Position numbers and translations under genes: made by a program | Part shown: piece by piece, positions 27,801-37,043 of the stretch | Numbering within the stretch: position 1 is the first letter of the stretch | Layout of the letters: each line of letters opens with the position of its first letter | The notes under the pieces: generated by a model | The model's input: only the letters and a program-made list of their open reading frames with translations | What the model was told of the DNA's origin: nothing | Database searches by the model: none | DNA from: an uncultured Haloferula sp. | GTDB taxonomy: Bacteria; Verrucomicrobiota; Verrucomicrobiia; Verrucomicrobiales; Akkermansiaceae | Assembly (NCBI GenBank): GCA_965652295.1 | Contig: CBFGTS010000009.1 | Coordinates: 32,001 to 96,000, forward strand | Length of the DNA: 64,000 nt | Direction: 5' to 3'

Positions 27801-29244
27801 ACTCCGCCTCGAAAGAGACCAAGGGGGTGGGACTACTGCCGGCCTCGAACTGCCACCAGTTGATATTGAAGAGATATCCCGATTCACCCGTGAATACGAG
27901 ATAGAGATCGTGAATTCCAGCCGCACCGCTGACCGGACAGGACACCGTCGTCCATTCCTGCCATCCACCGTTGGGCGTGATCTCGCAGCTGCCGACCAGC
28001 GGACCGTCGATCGCACCAAGGCGCAGCTCGAGGTTTCCGCCGACTCCGGCGCTGGCAACGCGGGCCGTGAACTGCTCGGCACCGGCACCGAAATCCACCC
28101 CTCGCAGGCAAACCCAGTCGCCATTCTGGATGAAGCCAAGGTTCAAGCCGCCCTCGGAGCAGACCTCGTTGTCGACTCCGAACTGCGCGTTCAGCGTCTC
28201 CGCCTCGACCCGGACGTAAGGGTCGAAGTTCTTCAGCTGCGGCAGGCCGTCGGGCGTCGGCACCACCGGTTGGATGGTCCCGTCGGGATTGTAAAAAAGA
28301 CGATCGAGACAGATGTTACGGTGCTCGGTGTTCGAGACTCCGTCCTGCGTGGCCTGGTAGCGATTGTGATAGACCGCATACCACTCCCCTTGGAACGTGA
28401 AGAAGGTGTGGTGATTGTTGTTGCCGAAATTATCCGGCGGCTGGGGCAAGGCCACCCCCTGATACTCGAAGGGACCGAGCGGGCTCGTTCCCCTCATGTA
28501 GCCGATCTGCGAGGAGGGAGTCGGCGGCGGGTCCGTATAGTCGTCGTTGTAGTTGTCCGCGTAGGACAAGTAATAGACCCCCTCGCGCTTGTGCATCAGC
28601 AGCGCCTCGAAGAAGTCGGGGAAGTTGATCGGCATCGCGGAACCGACGGTGTCGTACATGTTCGGCTCCAACAGGATCACGCGCGCCTGGTTCTTGCTTT
28701 CGCCGCCGAAGTAGAGGTAGGCCTGCCCATCGTCATCGACGAAGGCGCACGGGTCGAACAACCACGCGCTGTCCCCCCCCGGCGTGACGCCCCGCCGCAC
28801 GACGAGATCGCCCTTCGGATCGGCAAACGGACCGGTGGGCGAAGCGCTGGTGACCACTCCGACTCCCAGCCCGGCGTCACCGAAATACAGATAGAACTGG
28901 CCGTTGTTCCTGACGACGGCCGGAGCCCAAGCGGTGCCGGTGTACCAAGGCAGATCGTCGGCATCGAAGACCACGCCGTGATTCGTCCAGTTCTTGAGAT
29001 CGTCCGTGGAGAAACAGACGATCGAATCCATGATATACCCCGTGTCCTCGCCGTTCTCCTCGTCATTCGAGCAATAGACATAGAGGCGTCCGTCATGTTC
29101 CACCGCGGTCGGATCCGCCGCGTAGTGTTGGGACATGATCGGATAGTCGGCCCGCAGTGTCGCGACCGCCAACATCCAAGAGACCCAAGCGACAAAGCAA
29201 TGGACGCGACGGACTCGCAAAGGATGGCTCATCATGGCGTTCAT
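24838..29244 (-). CDS. Multimodular xylanolytic enzyme: GH43 - CBM6 - unknown beta module - GH30 - LamG - FN3 - C-terminal domain
   Basis: GH43 AADP, WAP, FDP, FFEA, NNH; CBM6 VEAE...GFIQNGDW...VDFG.G...GGWQ.W; GH30 WSPP, QNEPD, HHLY, MTEF; LamG W..VFDFG...DDFRIY; FN3 LAW...A.SY.V.RS...Y.Y.V.A. Start could also be 29235 or 29232. Confidence 0.92.
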   Translation of the reverse strand: MNAMMSHPLRVRRVHCFVAWVSWMLAVATLRADYPIMSQHYAADPTAVEHDGRLYVYCSNDEENGEDTGYIMDSIVCFSTDDLKNWTNHGVVFDADDLPWYTGTAWAPAVVRNNGQFYLYFGDAGLGVGVVTSASPTGPFADPKGDLVVRRGVTPGGDSAWLFDPCAFVDDDGQAYLYFGGESKNQARVILLEPNMYDTVGSAMPINFPDFFEALLMHKREGVYYLSYADNYNDDYTDPPPTPSSQIGYMRGTSPLGPFEYQGVALPQPPDNFGNNNHHTFFTFQGEWYAVYHNRYQATQDGVSNTEHRNICLDRLFYNPDGTIQPVVPTPDGLPQLKNFDPYVRVEAETLNAQFGVDNEVCSEGGLNLGFIQNGDWVCLRGVDFGAGAEQFTARVASAGVGGNLELRLGAIDGPLVGSCEITPNGGWQEWTTVSCPVSGAAGIHDLYLVFTGESGYLFNINWWQFEAGSSPTPLVSFEAESGNLGSDWSASASGGAPGITIGTTSTGTQPDSANRTASYSVTFPAAGDYELYARVRVGEPDAYSNDSFFYGSGFGMKSPTLGDAWITVNGLANATGFTAPGDVVGSGGPAAGGVLKWVNLSRYNDPESGVTFGVPADALTQVFEIGAREDGLEIDKFAFGQAGVSFSVEQLDGYGPDTPRPVAATIDAGTTFQTIEGIGGAVCFYNGWFPAHPAWEEIADHAFSGLNISMLRLGNWWRGTDGQDTETYEIVSEAHERLGNSLPILMSSWSPPAYLKSNGEVGNGGTLVQVSGNYDYQGFADYWRDSLEDYASHGIVPTWVSIQNEPDWTADYDSCRFNPTEAPWNGASFASYALALEAVHTELEASMSSPPKLLGPGCVGLYGNAGAYRDYIASMNPAHYDGTAHHLYGGSTDGSADGYKPVFQTIAGVVPEKPRFMTEFGDIKGLIECANLIHNLMAVEGVSGYNHWSLIWPGEIGLVEIENPFNPGNWTTEDGYWLNPAYWSVKHFSYHIRPGFQRVASQSTDPNVLPSAYRSPDGKRLVAVFINRSETSSAEVAMDIEGFDPAFSAVHQSTEADAYVSVGELTGGSLTLPVSSVTTVVFDREARPELHLKFDDGGGTSAMDASGNGWDAALAGGASWSDGKYGGAVELDGAAAHVELPNGVLADLDECTISAWVELEAVPSWSRVFDFGSGISNYMFLTPRNSATNAVRFAITTGAGEQVIDGPGPLPSGEWTHVAVTLADSIGILYVNGVAVGSGGIALKPSDLGSTNQNWIGRSQYVADANLDGRVDDFRIYPAALGDEAVNQLFLLGPLAAPSGLFATPVSASRIDLAWEASPNAASYRVERSLTTGGPYLPLATGLLSPNFIDTSGLNAGTAYFYIVRAGNPLERSDASNEARAVPSDPISPDELQLDVSVAEGESFRMLVPNTVLGHEYCVLGSETLNESDWEVVEEGGPIPGDGTPIEFIFPFDGRPKYFYMMEVRRR

Positions 29245-29371
29245 CGCTCGGAGGAGCGTCTCGCAGGCACTCGGTCCTCTCCTTTTCCGGATAACCGATG
29301 TCTCGAACCTCCCGTGCCCAGACAACGAATAGCTCGATCCGGGCTTGTCAGCCGGCCGAAAGCGAAAGCGA

Positions 29372-29398
29372 CCCGCCTTTCCCCCATGGAAAGACGGG
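29372..29398 (-). terminator. Hairpin downstream of PEP-CTERM gene
   Basis: CCCGCCTTTCC-cccat-GGAAAGACGGG stem (one mismatch); weak U-tract on minus strand. Confidence 0.45.
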
Positions 29399-29425
29399 CG
29401 ATGGAAAGGGGCCCGGGCCCTCCGA

Positions 29426-30115
29426 TCAACGAAGACGGCGCAAGACAAGCAGGCTTATCCCGCCAAGCAACATCAAGCTGCTCGAAGGCTCGGGAACAAC
29501 GTCCACATTGAAATTGTCCACCGTGAAGGAGAACTCGGTGCTCGCCGGCGACCCGAAGTCGAGGCCATTGAATCGAATCTGCCATTGATCCACTTGTTCA
29601 GGATTGAATCCGGACCCGTTCGTGTAGCCGAAAGGCGCATCGTTGATCGATTGGTCGAGGGTAAATGACACCGTCTGGGGCACACCGACGGAGAATCCGC
29701 CCGAAGGGATCGAGTAGAGACTGGCGGAGGGATCGCCTTCCGCATCGCCCTGCCCCGTCTGATCCTTGAGCCAGACTTCAATGCCGTTGCCCACGACGTA
29801 GGCGCTGTTGATCGTGAGGTCGAAGGTGACCGTGTAGTCCCCTTTGTTCGCGCTATTGTTCGGGCCGGGCTGGATGGTCGGGATGAAATCCCAGCCGGAG
29901 GCAAAGAAGCCGCCGCCGGCACTGGTCGTCGTGGTGTAGGTGGCAGCGAGACCGCCGCCACCATCCGCAACGAGCGTATTGGTTCCGTCACTGGCGACCG
30001 TGTAAGGCTCGGTCCTGGAGTCGAAATTGTCGGCGACCACGGTCGCCGAGTGTGCTGAGAGAGCCGTGGCTCCTAAAATACAAGCGGACTTCAATAGGAT
30101 CTGGGTCTTCATCAT
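29426..30115 (-). CDS. PEP-CTERM surface protein with one copy of an unrecognised ~180-aa domain
   Basis: Signal peptide ...ALSAHSA; C-terminus VPEPSSSLMLLGGISLLVLRRLR. Confidence 0.92.
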   Translation of the reverse strand: MMKTQILLKSACILGATALSAHSATVVADNFDSRTEPYTVASDGTNTLVADGGGGLAATYTTTTSAGGGFFASGWDFIPTIQPGPNNSANKGDYTVTFDLTINSAYVVGNGIEVWLKDQTGQGDAEGDPSASLYSIPSGGFSVGVPQTVSFTLDQSINDAPFGYTNGSGFNPEQVDQWQIRFNGLDFGSPASTEFSFTVDNFNVDVVPEPSSSLMLLGGISLLVLRRLR

Positions 30116-30241
30116 GGTGTTGGGGGTTCGGATTGGTGGTTGGCGCTCGAATGCACCCGGCCGCGCTCGATGGGGGGGTAGCCCGGCATTTTGCATTCAA
30201 CCCGGCTATCCAAGCGGGGAATAAACCGCTTTGCAAGCTAG

Positions 30242-30256
30242 AATTAATCATTTTAT
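30242..30256. promoter_or_regulatory. Putative operator/promoter element, copy 1
   Basis: AATTAATCATTTTAT, 13/15 identical to 34212-34226, upstream of the PEP-CTERM gene. Confidence 0.5.
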
Positions 30257-30410
30257 CCCATTCTCAATTCTCAGCCCCCCGTCGCCGCTGCCGGTTTCCC
30301 TCCCAAGGATCCGATTCGAACCTTCACAGGGCGATGATTCGTGACCGACCCCGTGGGAAAGGAACGAGAGTAGGCGGCTCCGATGAACCCGCGCCCGCCG
30401 GACCCGGCAA

Positions 30411-30441
30411 AGAGAAAGGGCCCGGACTTTCGTCCGGGCCC
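30411..30441 (-). terminator. Rho-independent terminator of the giant acidic protein gene
   Basis: GGGCCCGGAC-tttc-GTCCGGGCCC 10-bp stem followed on the minus strand by TTTCTCT. Confidence 0.75.
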
Positions 30442-30464
30442 CGTTTACCGTTCGCCCTCCAGGG

Positions 30465-33400
30465 TCAGGGCCGAGTTCCACGGAGCTGGACAAACAAACG
30501 CCCATCCTCTGCGTTCGATATCGGCAGCTCCACGATGATCAGGTCGTAATCCGTGGTGGATCCACCATCCTCGGTGACGGTGACCGTTACCCCATCGGCA
30601 TCGGGTTCGGAGCTGTCCGTTCCGATCGGAACCCCATTCCAGTTCCGGAGGTCGGTGCTCCAAGCGAAGCTCAGAGTGCTGTCCTCTTCGGAAGGATCAT
30701 AGCGCTCGAATGTCACGACCAGATTGCTTGACTCCGAATCCTGATCGAAAGTGTAGAGATCGTTCTCGAAAGCCAGCGGATCTCCACCCAGTTGATACTC
30801 GAGCACGTTCGGATAGTCATCCAAGTCAGGATTCTGGGGCACCCCGTCGTTGACACCCGCGGTCAGACCGTTGTCTTCCTTCCAGTTGTTGTACTCTCCG
30901 TCGATCTCGATCGTTCTGATGCTGAAGTTGTCGACCACGAAGGTAAACTCGGTGAGCGAAGGCGACGCGAAGTCGAGACCGTTGATGCGGATCCGCCACT
31001 CGTCGATGGTGGGCGAAAATATCGCCGCCTCGTATCCATAGGGGGCCGTGGTACCCGGATTTTCCAGAGGCACGGTCACGGTCACCGTCTCGCCAGAGGC
31101 CGAAGGGGTGACGACATAAAGGTTGGCCGAGCGTTCAGCGAAGGGGAGCGGATCTTCCGCCTGATTCTTCACCCATACCTCAATGCCACCGGCGGGCACA
31201 TAGCTGCTGGTTACGGTGAGGTCGAAAACCATCACGTAGTCGGTGAGGTTGGGGCTGGTGTTGCCACCGGCGGGGCCCGGCTGGATCTCGGGCACCCAAT
31301 CGAATCCCGAAGCGAAGAAGCCGCCACCGTCCGGCGTCGTCACCGTGTACTCCAAGGCGTTACCGCCATGGCCGTCATCGACCAGTTGGTTCGCACCATC
31401 GGACGCGGCGACGAAGCTGGCATCCAGGTAATTCTCGAAGCCATCGGCCACAAAAACGACCGGGAACACCTCCAGAGAATCCGGGATTCCGTTGCCGTTG
31501 ATGTCTCCCGGAATCGAGGCCGTGACGGACGGATTCGAACCTGCTTCGAACTCCTCTAGATTCGAGAAGCTGTCTGAATCCGGATCATCCTCCGCACCCC
31601 AAAGCGCGGAGTCGCCGAAGAAGGTGATTTCCCAAAAGTCAGGCAGACCATCAGGCTCGGAGTCGGAGCCAGAGAACGGGTCGTTCGGGTCGGTCAGGTT
31701 GTTGAATTCGATCAAATTGGTGTCGAGGTCGCCATCCGGATTGGTCGCACCGGTTTCGTCAAAGTCTCCGAAGTTCAGGAACTCCCAGCCATCGGGGAGA
31801 TCGTCGTTGTCGAGGTCCGGGCTGCTGTTGGGATCGGCCGGATTGGTGAAGTAATCTTCTTCGTCGGCGTCCGATACTCCGTCGTTGTCGAAGTCACCGG
31901 CGCCGTCGCGAAGCAGATTGCCGAAGAAGGGCAGCTCGAAGAATTCGTCGTCCAGCCCGTCGGCGTCCCGATCGAACATGTTCGAGTTGGGATTGTTGGG
32001 ATCGCTTTCCTCCTCCAGCTCGATGTCATCGTCGTCGAAGTCACTGTCGAAATCGGATCCCGCGGTGGCGGTGTTCAAGTCTCCGAAGTAAGCCATTTCC
32101 CATTGATCGGGAAATCCATCGGGCTCCGAGTCGGTGCGATCGATGTTGTCGGGTCCGAGGAGCTGGAACAACTCCCGCTCGGTCTCTGTGAGCGCCCCCG
32201 CCCAGATCCGGACCTCGTCGTAGGTCGCGGAGGCGGTGCTGTCGCCGGGGAACATGGATCGCCCGAGGTAGCCAACGGCGTCGGCCAAATCGGAAAGATC
32301 GGCATTGGTGACATACATCTCTCCCTGGAAGACCAAAAGCGGATGTCCGGCGGGCTGCGAGGTGGCTTCGGGTGCGGTCCACCAGGTGACCACCACGCCG
32401 CGGCTGCTCGGCACATCGGAATAGTAGGCCGGCACGATCGTCATCACGATGTGATGCGGAATCCCCACCTGGTAGGGTGCATTACTGTCGTCCACGATTG
32501 CCTGACCGTTCCAAAGCACGCGGTCGCTGTTCTGGTCCATACCGCGGGACCATGACATGGAGAGCGCCTGGTTGACACCCGGAGCCCCGTTGTCGCTGCC
32601 GAAGGCGAAGATCCGGCTCCAGTTGACCACGGCATCCTGGCTGGCCCAAAGCTCGATCGTCACCGGGGCGGGCACCGGAGATTGGAGCGACGTCAGGAGG
32701 TTGGCTCCCAAAGAGACATACTTGCTCGACGCGCGGGCGCCCCCATCGATCTTGACGCTGGTAGCCCCGAGGGTGGCGTCTCCGCCTGTTCCGGCGTTGG
32801 CATCCGGATCGGCGATCTGTGCGTTGGAGCCGCCGACCGAATCGTTCAGATCGCCATTGAAACTCCAGCGATGCTTGAGCAACGCGTGGGTCGGCGTCCA
32901 GCTGCCGTCGAACGGATCGGAGCCCGCATCGTGTTCGGAAAGATTGTCCGCGCCATCGCTATCCTCGTCGTCACCCGAGTCATCGACGCCGGGATCGAGC
33001 CCAACCAGAACCTCCCAGGCATCGTTCATGTCGTCGCTATCGATATCGGGCCAATCCGTCACATCGTCGGGAACCGTGCCCGCCGTCTGTTCGTCGATGT
33101 TCGAGACGAGGTCGCCATCGAAGTCGCTGGCGGGGGTTTCACCGAGGTCGGTCAGCTCGACGGTGCCGCTGTTGTTTCCGAAAAACTCGTCCTCGTAGCT
33201 GTCGTCAAATCCGTCGCCATCGTAATCGCCCGGAACCGAAGCCATGTTGGTCGGATCGGAGCCTCCATTAAGTCCGGCACCGGCGGCATACTCCCCGGAG
33301 TTCGTAAAGGCGTCGCCGTCCGGGTTGTCGTCCCCATCATAGAGATCGATATCCCCGAAAAACTCGACCTCCCAGGAGTCCGGCAGCCCATCCAAATCGC

Positions 33401-34046
33401 TATCCCCCTCCAGCACCGTTTTCAGGGCGAAATTGTCGATCGTGAACGAGAACCCGCTGGCCGGCGGGGAACCGAAATCGAGCCCGTTGATGCGAACCTG
33501 GATCGCATCGACGGTCGGATTAAAACCGGAACCTGCGGTGTAGCCGAACGGAGCATCCGTGGTCGGGGTATCGAGAACAAAAGTCACCGTCCGCGGCACG
33601 CCTGTGGAGAATCCGCCGACCGAGTAGAGAGTCGCCGATGGGTCCATTTCCGGGTCGCCCTGACCGACTTGATCCTTCAGCCAAATTTCGATCCCGTTGG
33701 CGGGAACGTAAGAACTCGTGACCGTGATGTCGAAAGAGACCTGATAGGCGGCCCGGTCGGTGCTCGTGTTGTCGCCATCCGGTCCCGGCTGGACGATCGG
33801 AACCCAATCGAACCCGGACGCGAAAAAGCCGCCTCCCGCCGGGGTCGTGGTGGTGTACGTCAAAGCGTTTCCGCCGCTCCCGTCGTCCACCAAGGCATTC
33901 GTTCCGTCAGAAGCGACGACGAAGGTCGGATCGACATAGCCGTCGAAGTCGTCCGCGGCGACCGGGACCACGAACTGGGCGTTGGCGATGGAACTCGCTC
34001 CAAGGAGGATAGACAGGGCGGGTAAGGTTTTTAACTGGGTTTTCAT
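30465..34046 (-). CDS. Large acidic exported protein: unknown domain - DxDxDG repeats - LamG - repeats - unknown domain - C-terminal domain
   Basis: Signal peptide ...ASSIANA; many DGLPD.WE..FG...D.D.D...N..E...G.DP repeats; LamG LKHRWSFNG...TIELW...WSRIF.FG...YDEVRIW. Confidence 0.9.
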   Translation of the reverse strand: MKTQLKTLPALSILLGASSIANAQFVVPVAADDFDGYVDPTFVVASDGTNALVDDGSGGNALTYTTTTPAGGGFFASGFDWVPIVQPGPDGDNTSTDRAAYQVSFDITVTSSYVPANGIEIWLKDQVGQGDPEMDPSATLYSVGGFSTGVPRTVTFVLDTPTTDAPFGYTAGSGFNPTVDAIQVRINGLDFGSPPASGFSFTIDNFALKTVLEGDSDLDGLPDSWEVEFFGDIDLYDGDDNPDGDAFTNSGEYAAGAGLNGGSDPTNMASVPGDYDGDGFDDSYEDEFFGNNSGTVELTDLGETPASDFDGDLVSNIDEQTAGTVPDDVTDWPDIDSDDMNDAWEVLVGLDPGVDDSGDDEDSDGADNLSEHDAGSDPFDGSWTPTHALLKHRWSFNGDLNDSVGGSNAQIADPDANAGTGGDATLGATSVKIDGGARASSKYVSLGANLLTSLQSPVPAPVTIELWASQDAVVNWSRIFAFGSDNGAPGVNQALSMSWSRGMDQNSDRVLWNGQAIVDDSNAPYQVGIPHHIVMTIVPAYYSDVPSSRGVVVTWWTAPEATSQPAGHPLLVFQGEMYVTNADLSDLADAVGYLGRSMFPGDSTASATYDEVRIWAGALTETERELFQLLGPDNIDRTDSEPDGFPDQWEMAYFGDLNTATAGSDFDSDFDDDDIELEEESDPNNPNSNMFDRDADGLDDEFFELPFFGNLLRDGAGDFDNDGVSDADEEDYFTNPADPNSSPDLDNDDLPDGWEFLNFGDFDETGATNPDGDLDTNLIEFNNLTDPNDPFSGSDSEPDGLPDFWEITFFGDSALWGAEDDPDSDSFSNLEEFEAGSNPSVTASIPGDINGNGIPDSLEVFPVVFVADGFENYLDASFVAASDGANQLVDDGHGGNALEYTVTTPDGGGFFASGFDWVPEIQPGPAGGNTSPNLTDYVMVFDLTVTSSYVPAGGIEVWVKNQAEDPLPFAERSANLYVVTPSASGETVTVTVPLENPGTTAPYGYEAAIFSPTIDEWRIRINGLDFASPSLTEFTFVVDNFSIRTIEIDGEYNNWKEDNGLTAGVNDGVPQNPDLDDYPNVLEYQLGGDPLAFENDLYTFDQDSESSNLVVTFERYDPSEEDSTLSFAWSTDLRNWNGVPIGTDSSEPDADGVTVTVTEDGGSTTDYDLIIVELPISNAEDGRLFVQLRGTRP

Positions 34047-34211
34047 GGGATGGATGGTTGAAAGCATGGACGCCTCGGGGAGGCGGCATGCCTTGCTTTC
34101 CGAGGCAACGCTCGCCCTAGCGAGTGCTTGAGCCAGCGTCGCACCGAAAGGCCTGTGGGTTTCGTCATTGCAGGCTGCTGCCTACTCGTGGAGATCAATG
34201 AAGCTGTTCGT

Positions 34212-34226
34212 AATTAATCGTTCTAT
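34212..34226. promoter_or_regulatory. Putative operator/promoter element, copy 2
   Basis: AATTAATCGTTCTAT in an AT-rich patch upstream of the 34046 start, same orientation as copy 1. Confidence 0.5.
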
Positions 34227-34522
34227 TTCAGATTGAACTTGAAAGTTAATGTGACCCTCCGCGAGCGCAAGAAAATTGTTCTCGACCAAGCTCTCGCGCT
34301 GCTGCCTCGAAGATTGGGTTCCTGCGCCATATCGGCTGGGAGGGCTGGAGACGAACCCGGCGCAGAGGAACATGGATCAAACAGCAATCCGCTGACCCTC
34401 CCCTGAAGCCAGACGAGAAATATTCCGTCATCGGATGCTCTTTTGGGGCTTTTTTCAACCCCCCAGCAGGACAGGTTATGAAACCCCTGAGTCCATTCCG
34501 ATTGGCTCTGGTGGGTTCGATT

Positions 34523-34860
34523 AATGAACAAACGATCACGATTCAGGCCAGCAGATGAATCCAGAGCCTCCGACGGTGGGTGCTGCTTTCCATCACTGCG
34601 GCTGCTTTCCTGATGTGGCAGACAGCGTGGTTCCTCGGGTCGCTCGCGACGGGGGTCACATGCGGCATCAGGGTGGGCCTTGGGCCTTCCAGTGCTCTTA
34701 TCTCGATCGCGGCGCGCTTGGGCTTTGTCGAACTCCTTTGGGATGCGTCCTCGAAGAAGAGCTTGCTCTACAGAATTCACCGCCTGCGGGAGCGCATGAG
34801 CCCGGCCAGAATCGAGACACGGAGGTTTCGAGCCGGATATGAACCAAGCTGCGTAAGGCT
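34523..34860 (+). pseudogene. Possible decayed small membrane-protein gene
   Basis: Frame reads NEQTITIQASR*IQSLRRWVLLSITAAAFLMWQTAWFL...; in-frame TGA, no good start, hydrophobic segments decay. Confidence 0.25.
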
Positions 34861-34943
34861 CCAAACCGAGGCCTCTGGCACGGGTGAATTGGCATGGCGG
34901 ATGGAATCCGCCGCAACGCGGGGCTTCGCGGTCGGGCGGGCGG

Positions 34944-35981
<1,038 letters not shown>

Positions 35982-36074
35982 CGTCACGGCGGCGCAAACT
36001 GAGCGAGCCGGCGTCACTCTTCAAGCTTCATGCCGACATTGACCTGCCGGGTTTCGGGGGAAATCCTTCCGGCG

Positions 36075-36380
36075 ATGTCCCTTCGCCTGCTGCTCGTCGT
36101 CCCACTCCTCGCCCTTCCGTCCTGCGGACTCATCCGCATGCCGATCAAGGTCGTCGGCGGCGTGGTGGAAGGAACCGCCCATGCCACCCGCGCCGCGGTC
36201 AATGCCCCCGGCAAGGCGATGGAAAAGCGCAAGCAACGCAAGGAAGCCGAACGCCGGAAACAGGAGGCCAAGGAGAAAGCCGCCGAGAGAGCCGACGCGG
36301 GCGCGGACGAAATCGCTCCGCCCCTGCCCGAGCCTGCTTTGCCCGAGCCTCCCGACAGTGAGCTACCTCTGCCCGAGTAA
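36075..36380 (+). CDS. Small lipoprotein
   Basis: Lipobox LPSC then G...P.KVVG; charged helical tail. Confidence 0.75.
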   Translation: MSLRLLLVVPLLALPSCGLIRMPIKVVGGVVEGTAHATRAAVNAPGKAMEKRKQRKEAERRKQEAKEKAAERADAGADEIAPPLPEPALPEPPDSELPLPE

Positions 36381-36383
36381 GCT

Positions 36384-37043
36384 TCAGCGGTCCGCCACAA
36401 AAAGCGTGTGCGAGAATTTCTTCGCCTGCGGGTAGGCTTTCGCGCCGACCGAGTCCACCAGCCGGAACTCCTTCTCCAGCAACGCGGCGAATGGCTTGTC
36501 GCGGTTCGCCGACCAGAACACGACCCGTCCGCGCGGGGACAGGGCCGACTTGATCCGGCGCAGTCCGCCACGGCCGTAGAGCCGGTTGTTTCCTCCGCTG
36601 ACCAGCGCATCGACGCCGTTGTCCACGTCCAGCAGGATCGCATCGAACCCACCGCCCGAGGCCTTGCCGATGCACTCCGCCACATCGCCGGCGTGCAGCG
36701 TGACGCGGGGATCATCGAGACAGCTTCCGTTGACCTCACCGAGGTGGTCACGGTTCCACTCGACGACTTCCGGCAGCAGCTCCGCGACCACCACCTCGCC
36801 GTTCGGCGGCACCAGTTCGAGCACGCGTTTCAGGGTGAAACCGAAGCCCAGCCCGCCGATCAGCACCCGCCCCGCGCCGCGCTCGCAGCCGAGTTCCGCC
36901 AGCATCACCTCGGACGCCGTCGCCGTCGTGCTCATCAGCGTCACCCCATCGACCTTCAGGAAATACTCCCCGTCGTGCTCCTGGAGCAGCATCGGGAATC
37001 CATCGGGCGTGGTGGTCCGGGCGAGAACGGTGGTGGTTTTCAT
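36384..37043 (-). CDS. Spermidine synthase-like SAM-dependent methyltransferase
   Basis: VLIGGLGFGFTL, VAEL, GDV, FDAILLDVDNG. Confidence 0.85.
   Translation of the reverse strand: MKTTTVLARTTTPDGFPMLLQEHDGEYFLKVDGVTLMSTTATASEVMLAELGCERGAGRVLIGGLGFGFTLKRVLELVPPNGEVVVAELLPEVVEWNRDHLGEVNGSCLDDPRVTLHAGDVAECIGKASGGGFDAILLDVDNGVDALVSGGNNRLYGRGGLRRIKSALSPRGRVVFWSANRDKPFAALLEKEFRLVDSVGAKAYPQAKKFSHTLFVADR

Noticed and set aside
31480..33410. Repetitive DNA as possible CRISPR or DGR template/variable repeats
   Set aside because: Repeats are degenerate protein-level DxDxDG units; no identical direct repeats with spacers, no adenine-specific variation, no reverse transcriptase or cas genes.
34060..34460. 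Known riboswitch or tRNA in the long intergenic region
   Set aside because: No c-di-GMP, TPP, cobalamin or SAM consensus or tRNA cloverleaf recognised by eye.
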